Positions 54,311 through 63,494 of a stretch of DNA of 64,000 bases are shown here, in pieces. This DNA is from PVC group bacterium (ex Bugula neritina AB1). GTDB lineage: Bacteria; GCA-001730085. The DNA is taken from contig MDLB01000104.1 in NCBI GenBank assembly GCA_001730085.1, positions 3,117 to 67,116 on the forward strand. The letters are read 5' to 3'. The translations under genes were made by a program, and so were the position numbers. Within the stretch, counting starts at the first letter, position 1; every line of letters starts with the position of its first letter. The notes beneath the pieces were generated by a model. That model saw only the letters and a list, made by a program, of their open reading frames with translations, was not told the origin of the DNA and made no database searches.

Positions 54311-54348
54311 AGAGCGAAAGAGCGAAAGAGCGAAAGAGCGAAAGAGCA
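54311..54348. repeat. Tandem octamer (AGAGCGAA) x4.75
   Basis: Read directly. It lies 48 bp downstream of the GNAT gene stop. Confidence 0.7.
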
Positions 54349-54395
54349 CAATAAATCTCTAATTATTAGGAATATTTGCTTTAAATGCCTTTTTT

Positions 54396-54878
54396 CTATG
54401 CAAGCTTCTTCTGTAAAATCAACACTGAACGATTTACAGCTATTTCAAAACTTTTTTTCTCTGAAAAACCTACCTTTAAAGCTAAAGAGACCATTGCGAG
54501 CATATCATCCGTACAACGCAACTCTATACTTTTGAAACCCTTTTTTCTTGCCACACCTAAAATATGCGACATCAAACGCATACCATAGCCTCTTTTTTGG
54601 TAATTCTTGGAAACAAAACATCTTCTAACAAGAGCAACATCCCCAAAATCTTCTTTTAAAGCTATCGTTCCAAAAATCTCTAACTCATCATGATCTTCAA
54701 TAACAGCAAACGTATCCCTACCTTGACAATAAGACATATAAATATCTTCCAAATCCTCGTAACGAAAGGGTCTCAATCTCTTTGCTTTATCAAAACTTTT
54801 TTCATTAATACTTTTTATCAAAGCTAAAACTATTGATTGGTCTTCTTTTTTAAAATCCCTAATAATCATCACACACAA
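54396..54878 (-). CDS. GNAT-family N-acetyltransferase
   Basis: 160 aa. Acetyl-CoA binding motif A region RRCFVSKNYQKRGYGMRLMSHIL, which fits the R/Q-x-x-G-x-G/A pattern. Confidence 0.6.
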   Translation of the reverse strand: MCVMIIRDFKKEDQSIVLALIKSINEKSFDKAKRLRPFRYEDLEDIYMSYCQGRDTFAVIEDHDELEIFGTIALKEDFGDVALVRRCFVSKNYQKRGYGMRLMSHILGVARKKGFKSIELRCTDDMLAMVSLALKVGFSEKKSFEIAVNRSVLILQKKLA

Positions 54879-55128
54879 TCCTTTTTAAAAAGTCTTTGAA
54901 CCTAAACAGCTTAATAAAAAACATCTCATCAATCGCAAAACAAGTCTCAATATTTCTAGGCATTCTTTTAAAAACTTATTCTATTAAGAAAACATGCACC
55001 TAAAGAAATTATAAATTTATATCAAAATAAAAAAAATCAGCACACATGATCCCCCAATAAATACTAGGGAAATTTTACAATCACCTCAACCCCCTACAGA
55101 AAGGCTTTAAACGTTATCCAAAAAAATA

Positions 55129-55201
55129 TGGAGCTGGGGGGGCTCGAACCCCCGACCTTCTGAATGCCATTCAGACGCGCTTCCAACTGCGCCACAGCCC
55201 C
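55129..55201 (-). tRNA. tRNA-Ala (anticodon GGC), CCA not encoded
   Basis: Folded by hand as GGGGCUG-UG-GCGC-AGUUGGAA-GCGC-G-UCUGA-AUGGCAU-UCAGA-AGGUC-GGGGG-UUCGAGC-CCCCC-CAGCUCC-A. It has a G3:U70 wobble, the Ala identity element. The anticodon loop is U33-GGC-A37. The T-loop is TTCGAGC. Confidence 0.85.
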
Positions 55202-55324
55202 TATTTTTTTTTAATAATAAAAACCCAAGAATAAGAATTGTAACATTATACAAAACTTTTTTACAAAGTTCAGTTTATATCTACACGCCTCATAAAAATT
55301 TTTATCTATAAAAACACTCGACAA

Positions 55325-56377
55325 TCAAACTTCTTTTTTTTCAATTGCCTCCAACTCTTTTGCATCTGAACCTAAGGTCACTTCTAAGATTTCTTTCTCT
55401 AACTGATTGGCCAAGTCAGCATTCTCTTTAAAAAAAAGCCGAACATTCTCTTTTCCCTGACCAACACGCTGATCTTTATACGAGAACCAAGAACCTGACT
55501 TTTCAAGAAGCTTATGCTGAACACCCATATCAATCAAAGCGCTTTCACGAGAAATACCTTCCCCAAAAATAATATCCATCTCAACCATCTTAAATGGCGG
55601 TGCCATTTTATTTTTAACAACCTTCACACGAACTTTATTACCTATAAGGTCATCGCCCTTTTTGATTGATGTTACTTTACGAACCTCTAAGCGCATAGAA
55701 GAATAGAACTTAAGAGCATTCCCCCCTGTTGTCGTCTCTGGATTCCCATAAACAACCCCTATCTTCATACGGATTTGGTTAATAAAAACAACACATGCTC
55801 GACTTCTATTTATAATGGCTGTCAACTTTCTCAATGCTTGAGACATCAATCGAGCATGAACACCCATATGACTATCCCCCATATCCCCTTCTATTTCGAC
55901 ACGAGGAACTAACGCTGCAACAGAATCTACTACAATAAAATCAACAGCATTACTACGCACCAACAAGTCACATATTTCTAAAGCCTGCTCACCCGTATCT
56001 GGCTGAGAAACCAAAAGGTTATCTAAATCGATCCCAAGTTTTTTAGCATATATTGGATCCAAAGCATGCTCTGCATCAATAAAAGCTGCTGTTCCTCCTT
56101 GAGCTTGAGCTTCAGCGATCGCGTGCAATGTTAAAGTGGTTTTTCCAGAAGATTCCGGACCAAAAATTTCAACAATCCTTCCCCTTGGAAACCCTCCAAT
56201 CCCCATAGCAACATCCAAAGGCAATGCACCACTCTTAATAACAGGAACATCGAGCTTAAAACCATCTCCGAGCTTCATGATAGCTCCCTTGCCAAACTGC
56301 TTCTCAATCTGACCAAGGGCTAAATTTAAAGCCTCAACTTTATCTGAATTTTGTGAATCTTTCACCTTTACACTCAT
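55325..56377 (-). CDS. recA: Recombinase RecA
   Basis: 350 aa. Walker [11 protein letters not shown]. Loop L2 region [33 protein letters not shown]. Confidence 0.95.
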   Translation of the reverse strand: MSVKVKDSQNSDKVEALNLALGQIEKQFGKGAIMKLGDGFKLDVPVIKSGALPLDVAMGIGGFPRGRIVEIFGPESSGKTTLTLHAIAEAQAQGGTAAFIDAEHALDPIYAKKLGIDLDNLLVSQPDTGEQALEICDLLVRSNAVDFIVVDSVAALVPRVEIEGDMGDSHMGVHARLMSQALRKLTAIINRSRACVVFINQIRMKIGVVYGNPETTTGGNALKFYSSMRLEVRKVTSIKKGDDLIGNKVRVKVVKNKMAPPFKMVEMDIIFGEGISRESALIDMGVQHKLLEKSGSWFSYKDQRVGQGKENVRLFFKENADLANQLEKEILEVTLGSDAKELEAIEKKEV

Positions 56378-56828
56378 AAAAATACTCTCCTAAAAAACAA
56401 TGTTAAAAAAATCATTAAGCGACAAGTGTAAAAGCCATTAAAGCTCTTCTTAAAAGACGGTTACAAAAAAACTGAGACACTCTTTGAACGCTTTTCTAAA
56501 AAATCTATTTGGAAAAAAATTCACACATTTTACTTAAGCACAGAGATTACTCTAAAATAACAAAAATTTTTAAAAGAAATCAAATAAAACCAAACAATTT
56601 ATCTCATTCGGAAGATTTTACTAACAATAAGCCTTAGAAATTTATAAAAATCTAACAAGCTTTTTTTAAGTTCTTTTAAAAAATTTTGTCACTTTGAAAA
56701 AGAAATTTCAAACGGCCAAAGGCACATTCTAACATAAAAGCGTAACCTCTGCACATTTCAAAATACCTCTTATAAAATATTGCAAAGTAAGCGATCTGAG
56801 TATAGCTTTTTACGAAAAATTAAAGATT

Positions 56829-58217
56829 CTATGAGCAAGAAAAAGAGTCTTCTATAAGCTCAAGAAGACGTTTATTCTCAGCTTCTATCAACAAAATTTT
56901 CTGATCTCTCATACGAATATCTAACAGCAAAGAGTCTTGATCATTTAGAATTTTGTCATCTTTCTTCTGAATCAAGTTCACCTCATCTACCTTTTGATGC
57001 TTCTCAAAGACAGAAATCATCTCATCAATGCTACCTCTAGAAAGAGGTTTGGTTGAATCATTTTTAAAAACAATTGATTGACCCAAATAAGAAGTCTCTC
57101 TTAGATGATTTTTCCATTTTGAGCTTTTTTGTGACTTCATTGTAAGCTTCTTATAAAGCTCTCTATTTTCTTCTTTTAATTTTTTATTTTCATCTAAAAG
57201 TCTCTCTTCAAAAACCCTGGAAACATTTTCAGCACCAGCACTTTTCATATCTACAGAAAGTTGCTTACATTTACCTGATAAAATTTTTATCTTCCTCTGA
57301 CAAAGTCCAACCATCTTCTCAACTTGATCTTTATTACGTTGCATTTTCTCTCTATGCAAAACTGAATTTTCCAATAAATCTTTCATGCTTTGAATTTTTT
57401 TACGCAAACCCTCATGTTCATTTGTTTGATAAGACCCAAGAGCACCGAAAGAATCTTTCTTTTTATTCAAAGACATAAATGAAAAAGTCTTTTTACAAAA
57501 AAGCTGCTGAAACCTTTCGGTATCAAAAGATATTTTGTCAAAAGAACCGCCTTTGCCTACAAAAAGTTTTTTCTTCGCCAAAACTTTTTCATATTCCTTT
57601 AATTTCTCCTGTAACTTTATAATATTTTTATCTTTTTCCATCAAATGCTTTTCAAAATCACCCGCCAACCGTTTCTCTAACAAAAAAATTTCTTGATTAA
57701 GCTTACGTATGTGTCGATTATAAAGCTTCGCTTCAGATTCATAATGAAACATCTGTCTTCTCATTTGATCATTAAGCTTATCCAAATATTTAAGCTTAGA
57801 TTTTAAAGAGGTTTCATCATTAAAAAGCTCTTCCTGGTGCAGATTTTTCACTATTTTTGAAACATCTTGATTTTTAGATGTCGTTTCAGTTGAAATATTT
57901 TTTTTTGGATCAATCTTAGAAGGAAAAACTCCAACCTTATAAGGTGTCTTAGGATAGTTTTTTTTCATCGAAAAGCTTTTGGATAACATAGGAAAGTCTG
58001 TGAACTCAACTTTTTTTCTAGCACGAACATTTTTATAAACAACCTTAGGGTCAAAAGATATTTTTCTTAAATCATTATTCATATTTTTAGAAATATCTCG
58101 GAAAGATTTTGGCACACAAAAATCAGATATAAGGCGATTCAAAGCCTCTGAAGAAAAAAGATCTTCACTAGATGCAACAACAGACAGAATCAATGCACAA
58201 AAACACACAAACCTCAT
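56829..58217 (-). CDS. Secreted coiled-coil protein (hypothetical)
   Basis: 462 aa. Signal peptide (MRFVCFCALILSVVASS), then long K/E/L-rich heptad-like stretches. A strong GGGGGGAGAAA RBS lies upstream. Confidence 0.5.
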   Translation of the reverse strand: MRFVCFCALILSVVASSEDLFSSEALNRLISDFCVPKSFRDISKNMNNDLRKISFDPKVVYKNVRARKKVEFTDFPMLSKSFSMKKNYPKTPYKVGVFPSKIDPKKNISTETTSKNQDVSKIVKNLHQEELFNDETSLKSKLKYLDKLNDQMRRQMFHYESEAKLYNRHIRKLNQEIFLLEKRLAGDFEKHLMEKDKNIIKLQEKLKEYEKVLAKKKLFVGKGGSFDKISFDTERFQQLFCKKTFSFMSLNKKKDSFGALGSYQTNEHEGLRKKIQSMKDLLENSVLHREKMQRNKDQVEKMVGLCQRKIKILSGKCKQLSVDMKSAGAENVSRVFEERLLDENKKLKEENRELYKKLTMKSQKSSKWKNHLRETSYLGQSIVFKNDSTKPLSRGSIDEMISVFEKHQKVDEVNLIQKKDDKILNDQDSLLLDIRMRDQKILLIEAENKRLLELIEDSFSCS

Positions 58218-58550
58218 TATGTTTCTCCCCCCAAAAGAACTTTTTTTAAATTTTCCATCAAATGTAAAAATTTTTCCCTATTACATTTTTACATTCGAAT
58301 AATCCAAAAGGAAATTACAAAAAAGCCACAGATAAAATATATTTACACACACACATTTTTTAAAATTAACTTCGTTTAAAATTTAACAAAAACAAATCTT
58401 TGAGACATTTGATTTTTTTTAGTTTTCAAAAAAAGATATTCAAAAAACTAATATTTCCCAATATCAAAATATCACAACCAAAGTTAATTTCAAGAAATTT
58501 GATCACATGTTATCACAAAAACACTTCTAACTAAAAGCTTTTTATATAAA

Positions 58551-59390
58551 TCATCTTTTTCTTGGTCGCACAATAACCCCTCCAAAGCGCAGATCAACAT
58601 AGCTCGCTGTCTGTATCGATGCCTTTTTTTTATGTAATATCACAGACAAGGCCTTAAGCTTTTTTTGAAAATCACTCCCACCCATATATATTTTAATATT
58701 GTTTCTTGTTATTAAAGCAACTTGTTTTATATTACTTATATCAACTGTTTTAATTTTTAAAAAGATAGCCACATCCGATAAAAAAAAAGTCTGCAATACC
58801 TCTAATGCTTTCAACATCTTCAAAGACGACGATCTTTGACCCACAACAAGCTTTTCTTCCAAATACTCTATTCCTTTAACGAGAGGCTCTTCCCCTTCCC
58901 TATAGTCATTCATCATTCGCATAATATAGCCTTCCTCATCAACCTCATAATGATGTCCGCCATATAAAAAAATCAGATAAGGCATCCTCTCTTCCAAAGA
59001 AACGTCCAATGTGTCTGGCAAAGTCCTTGTCATATGAGCTTTTTTCACATAAGGATGAGCCAAAAGCCTATTAACCATTTTTCTCATATTTATATCAAAA
59101 ATATGCTGTTCTGATGGTAAGTGCAAAATCTTTTGAATATCAGACTGTTTCAACCTTTTTTGCCCCTGCACCCTTATTTTTCTCAATAAAAACATCTCAG
59201 ACAAATAAACGCTATCGTAAAGAGTATAGCCGCCATAAACAAGAGGCGCAAAGGTCGCCAAAATGAGTAAAATTTTCCAAATCAAAAAAACACTTGCTTG
59301 TCGTCTTTTACGATGAATTTTTTTACCAAAAACTTTCCTTTTTTTCTTTTTCAAGTGATTACCCTCTTTTTTAAGATAACTTTTAAGCAA
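58551..59390 (-). CDS. ftsQ: Cell division protein FtsQ/DivIB-like (POTRA domain)
   Basis: 279 aa. Basic cytoplasmic N-terminus, one TM helix (VFLIWKILLILATFAPLVYGG), POTRA-like region (IRVQGQKRLKQSDIQKIL...HPYVKKAHMTRTLPDTLDVSLEER) and a C-terminal YVDLRFGGVIVRP. Located after ddl as in dcw clusters. Confidence 0.7.
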   Translation of the reverse strand: MLKSYLKKEGNHLKKKKRKVFGKKIHRKRRQASVFLIWKILLILATFAPLVYGGYTLYDSVYLSEMFLLRKIRVQGQKRLKQSDIQKILHLPSEQHIFDINMRKMVNRLLAHPYVKKAHMTRTLPDTLDVSLEERMPYLIFLYGGHHYEVDEEGYIMRMMNDYREGEEPLVKGIEYLEEKLVVGQRSSSLKMLKALEVLQTFFLSDVAIFLKIKTVDISNIKQVALITRNNIKIYMGGSDFQKKLKALSVILHKKKASIQTASYVDLRFGGVIVRPRKR

Positions 59391-59434
59391 AACTTTGCGT
59401 TACTACCAACGACAAATTCTTTTCTTTAAAGGAC

Positions 59435-60334
59435 TTATTCGGTTCTTTTTTTTAAACTATTATTAACAATTCTAACACAAAGATCTTCGAAGCTAACTCC
59501 CCTATAAGATGCTGCAAGAGGCACCAAACTTCTTTCAGTAAAACCTGGAACTGTATTTATTTCTAAGACATATGGCCCTTCTTTCGAAAGAATAAAATCC
59601 AGTCTAAATAAATTTTTCAAAGAAAAACTGTTCAGAATTTTAGCAACCATTTTTTTGATAAGATATTTTTCTTCATCATTTATTTCTGGCGCACAAATAT
59701 AATTGGTTCTTGTAGAATAATATTTAGCATGATAGTCAAAAAAACGATCATTAGATATGATTTCAATAGGGTCTAAAACTTCTCCATCAACCACAGAAAG
59801 AACCATCTCACGCCCTTCCACTTTTTTTTCAACCAAAAGAATATCATCATACTCCAAAGCCTTAAACAAAGCCTTCTGATAATCTTCTTTCTTTTCAACT
59901 AAAGAAACTCCAAAACTTGATCCCTGTGAAATAGGCTTAACAAACCAGGGCATTTCAAATTCAGGCACTCTTTCAAACATATTTTTAGAATGAAGAGCTA
60001 TATATTGCGGAATCATTATTCCCTCTCTCAAAAAAACACTTTTGCTAATCAACTTATTAAAAAATAACCAACAGGTATAAGCATCAGGCCCTGTAAAAGA
60101 GACATTTTTTTTTGCCAAAAACTCCTGCAAATGGCCACTCTCCCCAACACCACCGTGCATCATAATAAAAGCCAGATCACATTTAGCAAAGTCCAAATAA
60201 GGAAAAGTCTTCCAATCGCAATCGACAAGTTCTACCTTGTACCCTCTACTCATCAATGCCTTATGTACTGCCTTCCCAGATTTCAAAGAAATGTTTTTCT
60301 CAGAAGAGTTCCCTCCGTACAAAACCCAAATCAT
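59435..60334 (-). CDS. ddl: D-alanine--D-alanine ligase
   Basis: 299 aa with an ATP-grasp fold (MIWVLYGGNSSEKNISLKSGKAV...). Follows murB directly. Confidence 0.8.
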   Translation of the reverse strand: MIWVLYGGNSSEKNISLKSGKAVHKALMSRGYKVELVDCDWKTFPYLDFAKCDLAFIMMHGGVGESGHLQEFLAKKNVSFTGPDAYTCWLFFNKLISKSVFLREGIMIPQYIALHSKNMFERVPEFEMPWFVKPISQGSSFGVSLVEKKEDYQKALFKALEYDDILLVEKKVEGREMVLSVVDGEVLDPIEIISNDRFFDYHAKYYSTRTNYICAPEINDEEKYLIKKMVAKILNSFSLKNLFRLDFILSKEGPYVLEINTVPGFTERSLVPLAASYRGVSFEDLCVRIVNNSLKKRTE

Positions 60335-61230
60335 TAATCCCCAACCTTCTTTATCTCTAACTCTAAAAAGACACCAAATTTATTTTGCACACAATAACGA
60401 ACTTCTTCAATCAAATTTAAGAAATCAATAGATTTACCTCGGCCATTATTCACAAAAAAATTAGCATGAATATCAGAAACCGCAACATCTCCAACACTCT
60501 TCTTTTTCAATCCGGCATGTTCTATCAATTGTCCAGCGCAATAATCTGTCGCATTTTTAAAAACACAACCTAGAGAACGCTCACTAATAGGTTGCCTATT
60601 GCGACGATATTCCCATTTTTCCTTTACGCTTTTTTGGATCAAATCTTTTTGACTCATTTCACCCTTAAGACATGCCGAATAAATGATCCCAAATGTTTGC
60701 AAAGGACCTTTCCTATAAGAACATAAGATATCCTTTTTTGAAACAGAATGACTACACCCTTGGATATCCATATATTTATACTCCATAAGAAGATCTGAAA
60801 TAGAACATTTTTCAGCACCTGCATTACCATTAATAGAAGCCATTACTACCCCAGGGATAGCTGTTAAAAACTCAAACCCTGCAATATTATTTTTAGACGC
60901 AATAGCCAAAAGTTTCTCCAATCGAATATCTCCCAATATTTCAATAGAATCATTCTCGACTGTTATTTTTGTTAAAAAATGTTTCAATGAAATAACAACA
61001 CCAGACCATCCTGCATCACTCAAAAGAGTATTTGAAGCATTTCCCAGAACAAGAACAGGAACATTAAAACAAAAGCAAAAATTCAAAATATTCGAAAGAT
61101 CTTCCACATGCAACGGATAGCAAACAACCTTAGCTACCCCTCCTATATTTAAATAAGATAAAGAAGCAAGGCTCATATTATGCATCATCCTCCCATCGAA
61201 TGAGACGTCTTTCAATTTATCAATCCACAT
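60334..61230 (-). CDS. murB: UDP-N-acetylenolpyruvoylglucosamine reductase MurB
   Basis: 298 aa. FAD-binding N-terminal domain (NIGGVAKVVCYP...VLVLGNASNTL) and the MurB C-terminal domain. Confidence 0.8.
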   Translation of the reverse strand: MWIDKLKDVSFDGRMMHNMSLASLSYLNIGGVAKVVCYPLHVEDLSNILNFCFCFNVPVLVLGNASNTLLSDAGWSGVVISLKHFLTKITVENDSIEILGDIRLEKLLAIASKNNIAGFEFLTAIPGVVMASINGNAGAEKCSISDLLMEYKYMDIQGCSHSVSKKDILCSYRKGPLQTFGIIYSACLKGEMSQKDLIQKSVKEKWEYRRNRQPISERSLGCVFKNATDYCAGQLIEHAGLKKKSVGDVAVSDIHANFFVNNGRGKSIDFLNLIEEVRYCVQNKFGVFLELEIKKVGD

Positions 61231-61244
61231 CTGAAAACCCTTTT

Positions 61245-61273
61245 AGATGTTTCGAGCATATTTCAAAACATCT
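61245..61273. promoter_or_regulatory. 8-bp stem / 13-nt loop hairpin (AGATGTTT...AAACATCT), 15-45 bp upstream of the murB ATG
   Basis: Read directly. On the coding strand it is followed by AAAAGGGTTTTCAG-ATG. Confidence 0.3.
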
Positions 61274-61441
61274 CACACACATTAAATAGAAATCTTAAAA
61301 AAAATCACTTTCATAGCATAACAATCTTTCCCCTTCAAAAGAGGCAGATCAGGAAAAATCCAAAAACATAAGCGATCGGATCTATTTTAAACAATTTTGA
61401 GATTCCTTCCAAGAAAAGAGATAGAACCTCTCTAAAAAATT

Positions 61442-62098
61442 TTATTTTGATAAGGAAGATTTAAGGTAAGATTTAACGGGTTCAAACGTTTTGCGATGAA
61501 TAGCAGAGAACCCCATGTTCTCAATAGCAGAACGATGATCTTTCGTTCCATAACCTTTATTTTGCACAAAAAAATAACCTGGGTAACTTTTATCATAATC
61601 AACCATAACCCTGTCTCTAGCAACTTTGGCACAAACAGAAGCAGCAGCTATGACTCGAGATTGATTATCCCCCTTAATGATAGACTCCTGCTGCCCATCC
61701 CAATCTTTAATACAGTCCTTACCATCAACCAAAACATAATCAGGACGTATTTTTAAGTTTTTCAAAGCTAATGACATTGCTAGAAAGGTAGCTTCACGGA
61801 TATTGATTTCATCAATGATTTTTTCGGAAACAAACCCAGTGGCAAAAGACAAAGCATGGGAAGAAATATCCTCGAAAATTTTTTCTCTTCCTGGCTCAGA
61901 AAGTTTCTTAGAATCTTTCAAACCTTTCGGCCAATAAGAACGGGGTAAAATAACAGCAGCAGCAACAACCGGCCCCGCTAAAGAACCTCTACCAACTTCA
62001 TCCACGCCGGCAATAAAGGAGCACCCTGAATCATAAAGAGACTCCTCCTTCGTTTGAAAAGAAAATTTACGGTCTTCTTCCCCAACAGAAAGCTTCAC
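61442..62098 (-). CDS. rnhB: Ribonuclease HII
   Basis: 218 aa. Catalytic GVDEVGRGSLAGPVVAAAVIL. Confidence 0.85.
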   Translation of the reverse strand: MKLSVGEEDRKFSFQTKEESLYDSGCSFIAGVDEVGRGSLAGPVVAAAVILPRSYWPKGLKDSKKLSEPGREKIFEDISSHALSFATGFVSEKIIDEINIREATFLAMSLALKNLKIRPDYVLVDGKDCIKDWDGQQESIIKGDNQSRVIAAASVCAKVARDRVMVDYDKSYPGYFFVQNKGYGTKDHRSAIENMGFSAIHRKTFEPVKSYLKSSLSK

Positions 62099-62103
62099 CG
62101 TTT

Positions 62104-62475
62104 TTAGGAAGCTCTCACCGCATTTTTTTTCTCTTTAACATGCGTAGCTTTTCGGCCGATTCTTTCTCTCAAGTAATAAAGTTTCGCACGACGAACAGCT
62201 CCTCGGCGGATAACTTTTATAGAGTGAATCCTAGGCGAGTGCAAAGGAAAAACCCTCTCAACACCTTCTCCAAAAGAAATTCTTCTCATGGTAAATGTTT
62301 CATGAAAACCACCGCCTTTGCGAGCAATAACAATACCTTCGAAATCCTGCAAACGGGTCTTTTGGCCTTCAATAATACGAACAGAAACACGCACCGTATC
62401 TCCAACAAGAAAATCTGTAACAGCACGTTTTTTTAAAGAATTATTAACCTTGTCTAAAACATCCATGATCGACAT
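62104..62475 (-). CDS. rplS: 50S ribosomal protein L19
   Basis: 123 aa. [60 protein letters not shown]. Confidence 0.9.
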   Translation of the reverse strand: MSIMDVLDKVNNSLKKRAVTDFLVGDTVRVSVRIIEGQKTRLQDFEGIVIARKGGGFHETFTMRRISFGEGVERVFPLHSPRIHSIKVIRRGAVRRAKLYYLRERIGRKATHVKEKKNAVRAS

Positions 62476-62487
62476 TTCCTCTCAAAT

Positions 62488-63237
62488 TTAATGTTTTTTT
62501 TGTTTTTCTCGCAATTGATCAATATAAAGTTCATCTCTTTCCGAAAGATTTGCTTGTTCCAAAAGGTCAGGTCTTCTTAAAAAAGTCCTTTCCAATGACT
62601 GCTCTCTTCTCCATTGAGAAACATTTTTATGATGCCCCGATAACAATATCTCCGGCACCTTCATCCCTCTATATTCAGCAGGACGTGTGTATTGCGGATA
62701 TTCTAAAAGACCTTCGCAAAAACTTTCTTCATTATGAGAGCGAGAATCTCCCAAAACCCCTGGGATCAACCTAACAACAGCATCTGACAAAGCCATTGCT
62801 GCCAATTCGCCACCTGTTAGGAGATAATCTCCCAAAGAAATCTCATGATCAACTAAATTAAGTCGAACCCTTTCATCAACCCCCTCATATCTTCCACAAA
62901 TAATAATCATATGGTTAAAATCAAGATAAGATTCAACAATTTTCTGTGTCAACCTTCTACCCTGAGGAGTCATCAATATGGTAACAAATTGATCATTTTT
63001 GTCACGGGTTTTAATGTCTTCAACAGCTCTAAACAAAGGTTCGGGCTTAAGAAGCATCCCAGCCCCACCTCCGTAAGGCGAATCATCAACATTCTTTTTA
63101 TAAGCACCATCTGCATAAGATAAAATATTACACATCTGGACTTCTAAAAGTTTCTTTTCACAAGCTCTTCCGATGATACTTGACGAAAAAAATTTTTCAA
63201 ATATTTCAGGAAAAAGACTGAGAACAGTTATTTTCAC
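62488..63237 (-). CDS. trmD: tRNA (guanine37-N1)-methyltransferase TrmD. GTG start; the ORF-track ATG at 63366 over-extends the gene.
   Basis: From GTG at 63237-63235 the protein begins VKITVLSLFPEIFEKFF, the canonical TrmD N-terminus, and has the typical ~249 aa length. The 43 residues upstream of that point overlap rpsP in another frame. GTG overlaps the rpsP stop as GTGA. Confidence 0.8.
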   Translation of the reverse strand: MKITVLSLFPEIFEKFFSSSIIGRACEKKLLEVQMCNILSYADGAYKKNVDDSPYGGGAGMLLKPEPLFRAVEDIKTRDKNDQFVTILMTPQGRRLTQKIVESYLDFNHMIIICGRYEGVDERVRLNLVDHEISLGDYLLTGGELAAMALSDAVVRLIPGVLGDSRSHNEESFCEGLLEYPQYTRPAEYRGMKVPEILLSGHHKNVSQWRREQSLERTFLRRPDLLEQANLSERDELYIDQLREKQKKH

Positions 63238-63494
63238 CGAAGGTTTTCCACAAAACCCTGTCTTTTTAGAAGAGATCCAACAGAACTCGTTGGCTGTGCT
63301 CCTTGACCTATCCAATAGGAAACACGCTCTTTGTCCACTTTTAATTTCTGATGAACATCCGTGCAATGAGGATCATAAGCACCTAATTCTTCAATAACAC
63401 CACCATCTCTTCTACGGCGACGATCAGTAACAACCAAGCGATAATATGCACAACCTTTACGACCAAAACGTTTCAAACGCATAGACACAGCCAC
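63234..63494 (-). CDS. rpsP: 30S ribosomal protein S16
   Basis: 86 aa. MAVSMRLKRFGRKGCAYYRLVVTDRRRRRDG...YWIGQGAQPT. Confidence 0.9.
   Translation of the reverse strand: MAVSMRLKRFGRKGCAYYRLVVTDRRRRRDGGVIEELGAYDPHCTDVHQKLKVDKERVSYWIGQGAQPTSSVGSLLKRQGFVENLR

Noticed and set aside
53045-54395. Possibility that the 1.35-kb AT-rich spacer is a replication origin or CRISPR/mobile-element remnant
   Set aside because: There is no strand switch of flanking genes. Only one near-match (8/9) to a DnaA box (cGTGGATAA at ~53329). No regularly spaced direct repeats, and no integrase or transposase fragments in any frame. I kept it only as a candidate ncRNA/regulatory region.
54385-54588. 67-aa plus-strand ORF overlapping the 3' end of the GNAT gene
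   Set aside because: Antisense to the GNAT acetyltransferase, which has a convincing acetyl-CoA-binding motif. No features of its own.
55129-55201. Reading the tRNA as having an encoded 3' CCA
   Set aside because: After the discriminator A the genome continues TATTTTTTT. The terminal CTCCA belongs to the acceptor stem plus discriminator. CCA must be added post-transcriptionally.
61432-61632. 66-aa minus-strand ORF overlapping the 3' end of rnhB in another frame
   Set aside because: Fully nested in or overlapping rnhB. Low-complexity hydrophobic translation. No independent start context.
62488-63366. ORF-track version of trmD starting at the ATG at 63366 (292 aa)
   Set aside because: The first 43 residues (MHGCSSEIKSGQRACFLLDRS...) overlap rpsP in another frame and are not TrmD-like. 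The conserved TrmD N-terminus begins at the GTG at 63237, which overlaps the rpsP stop.
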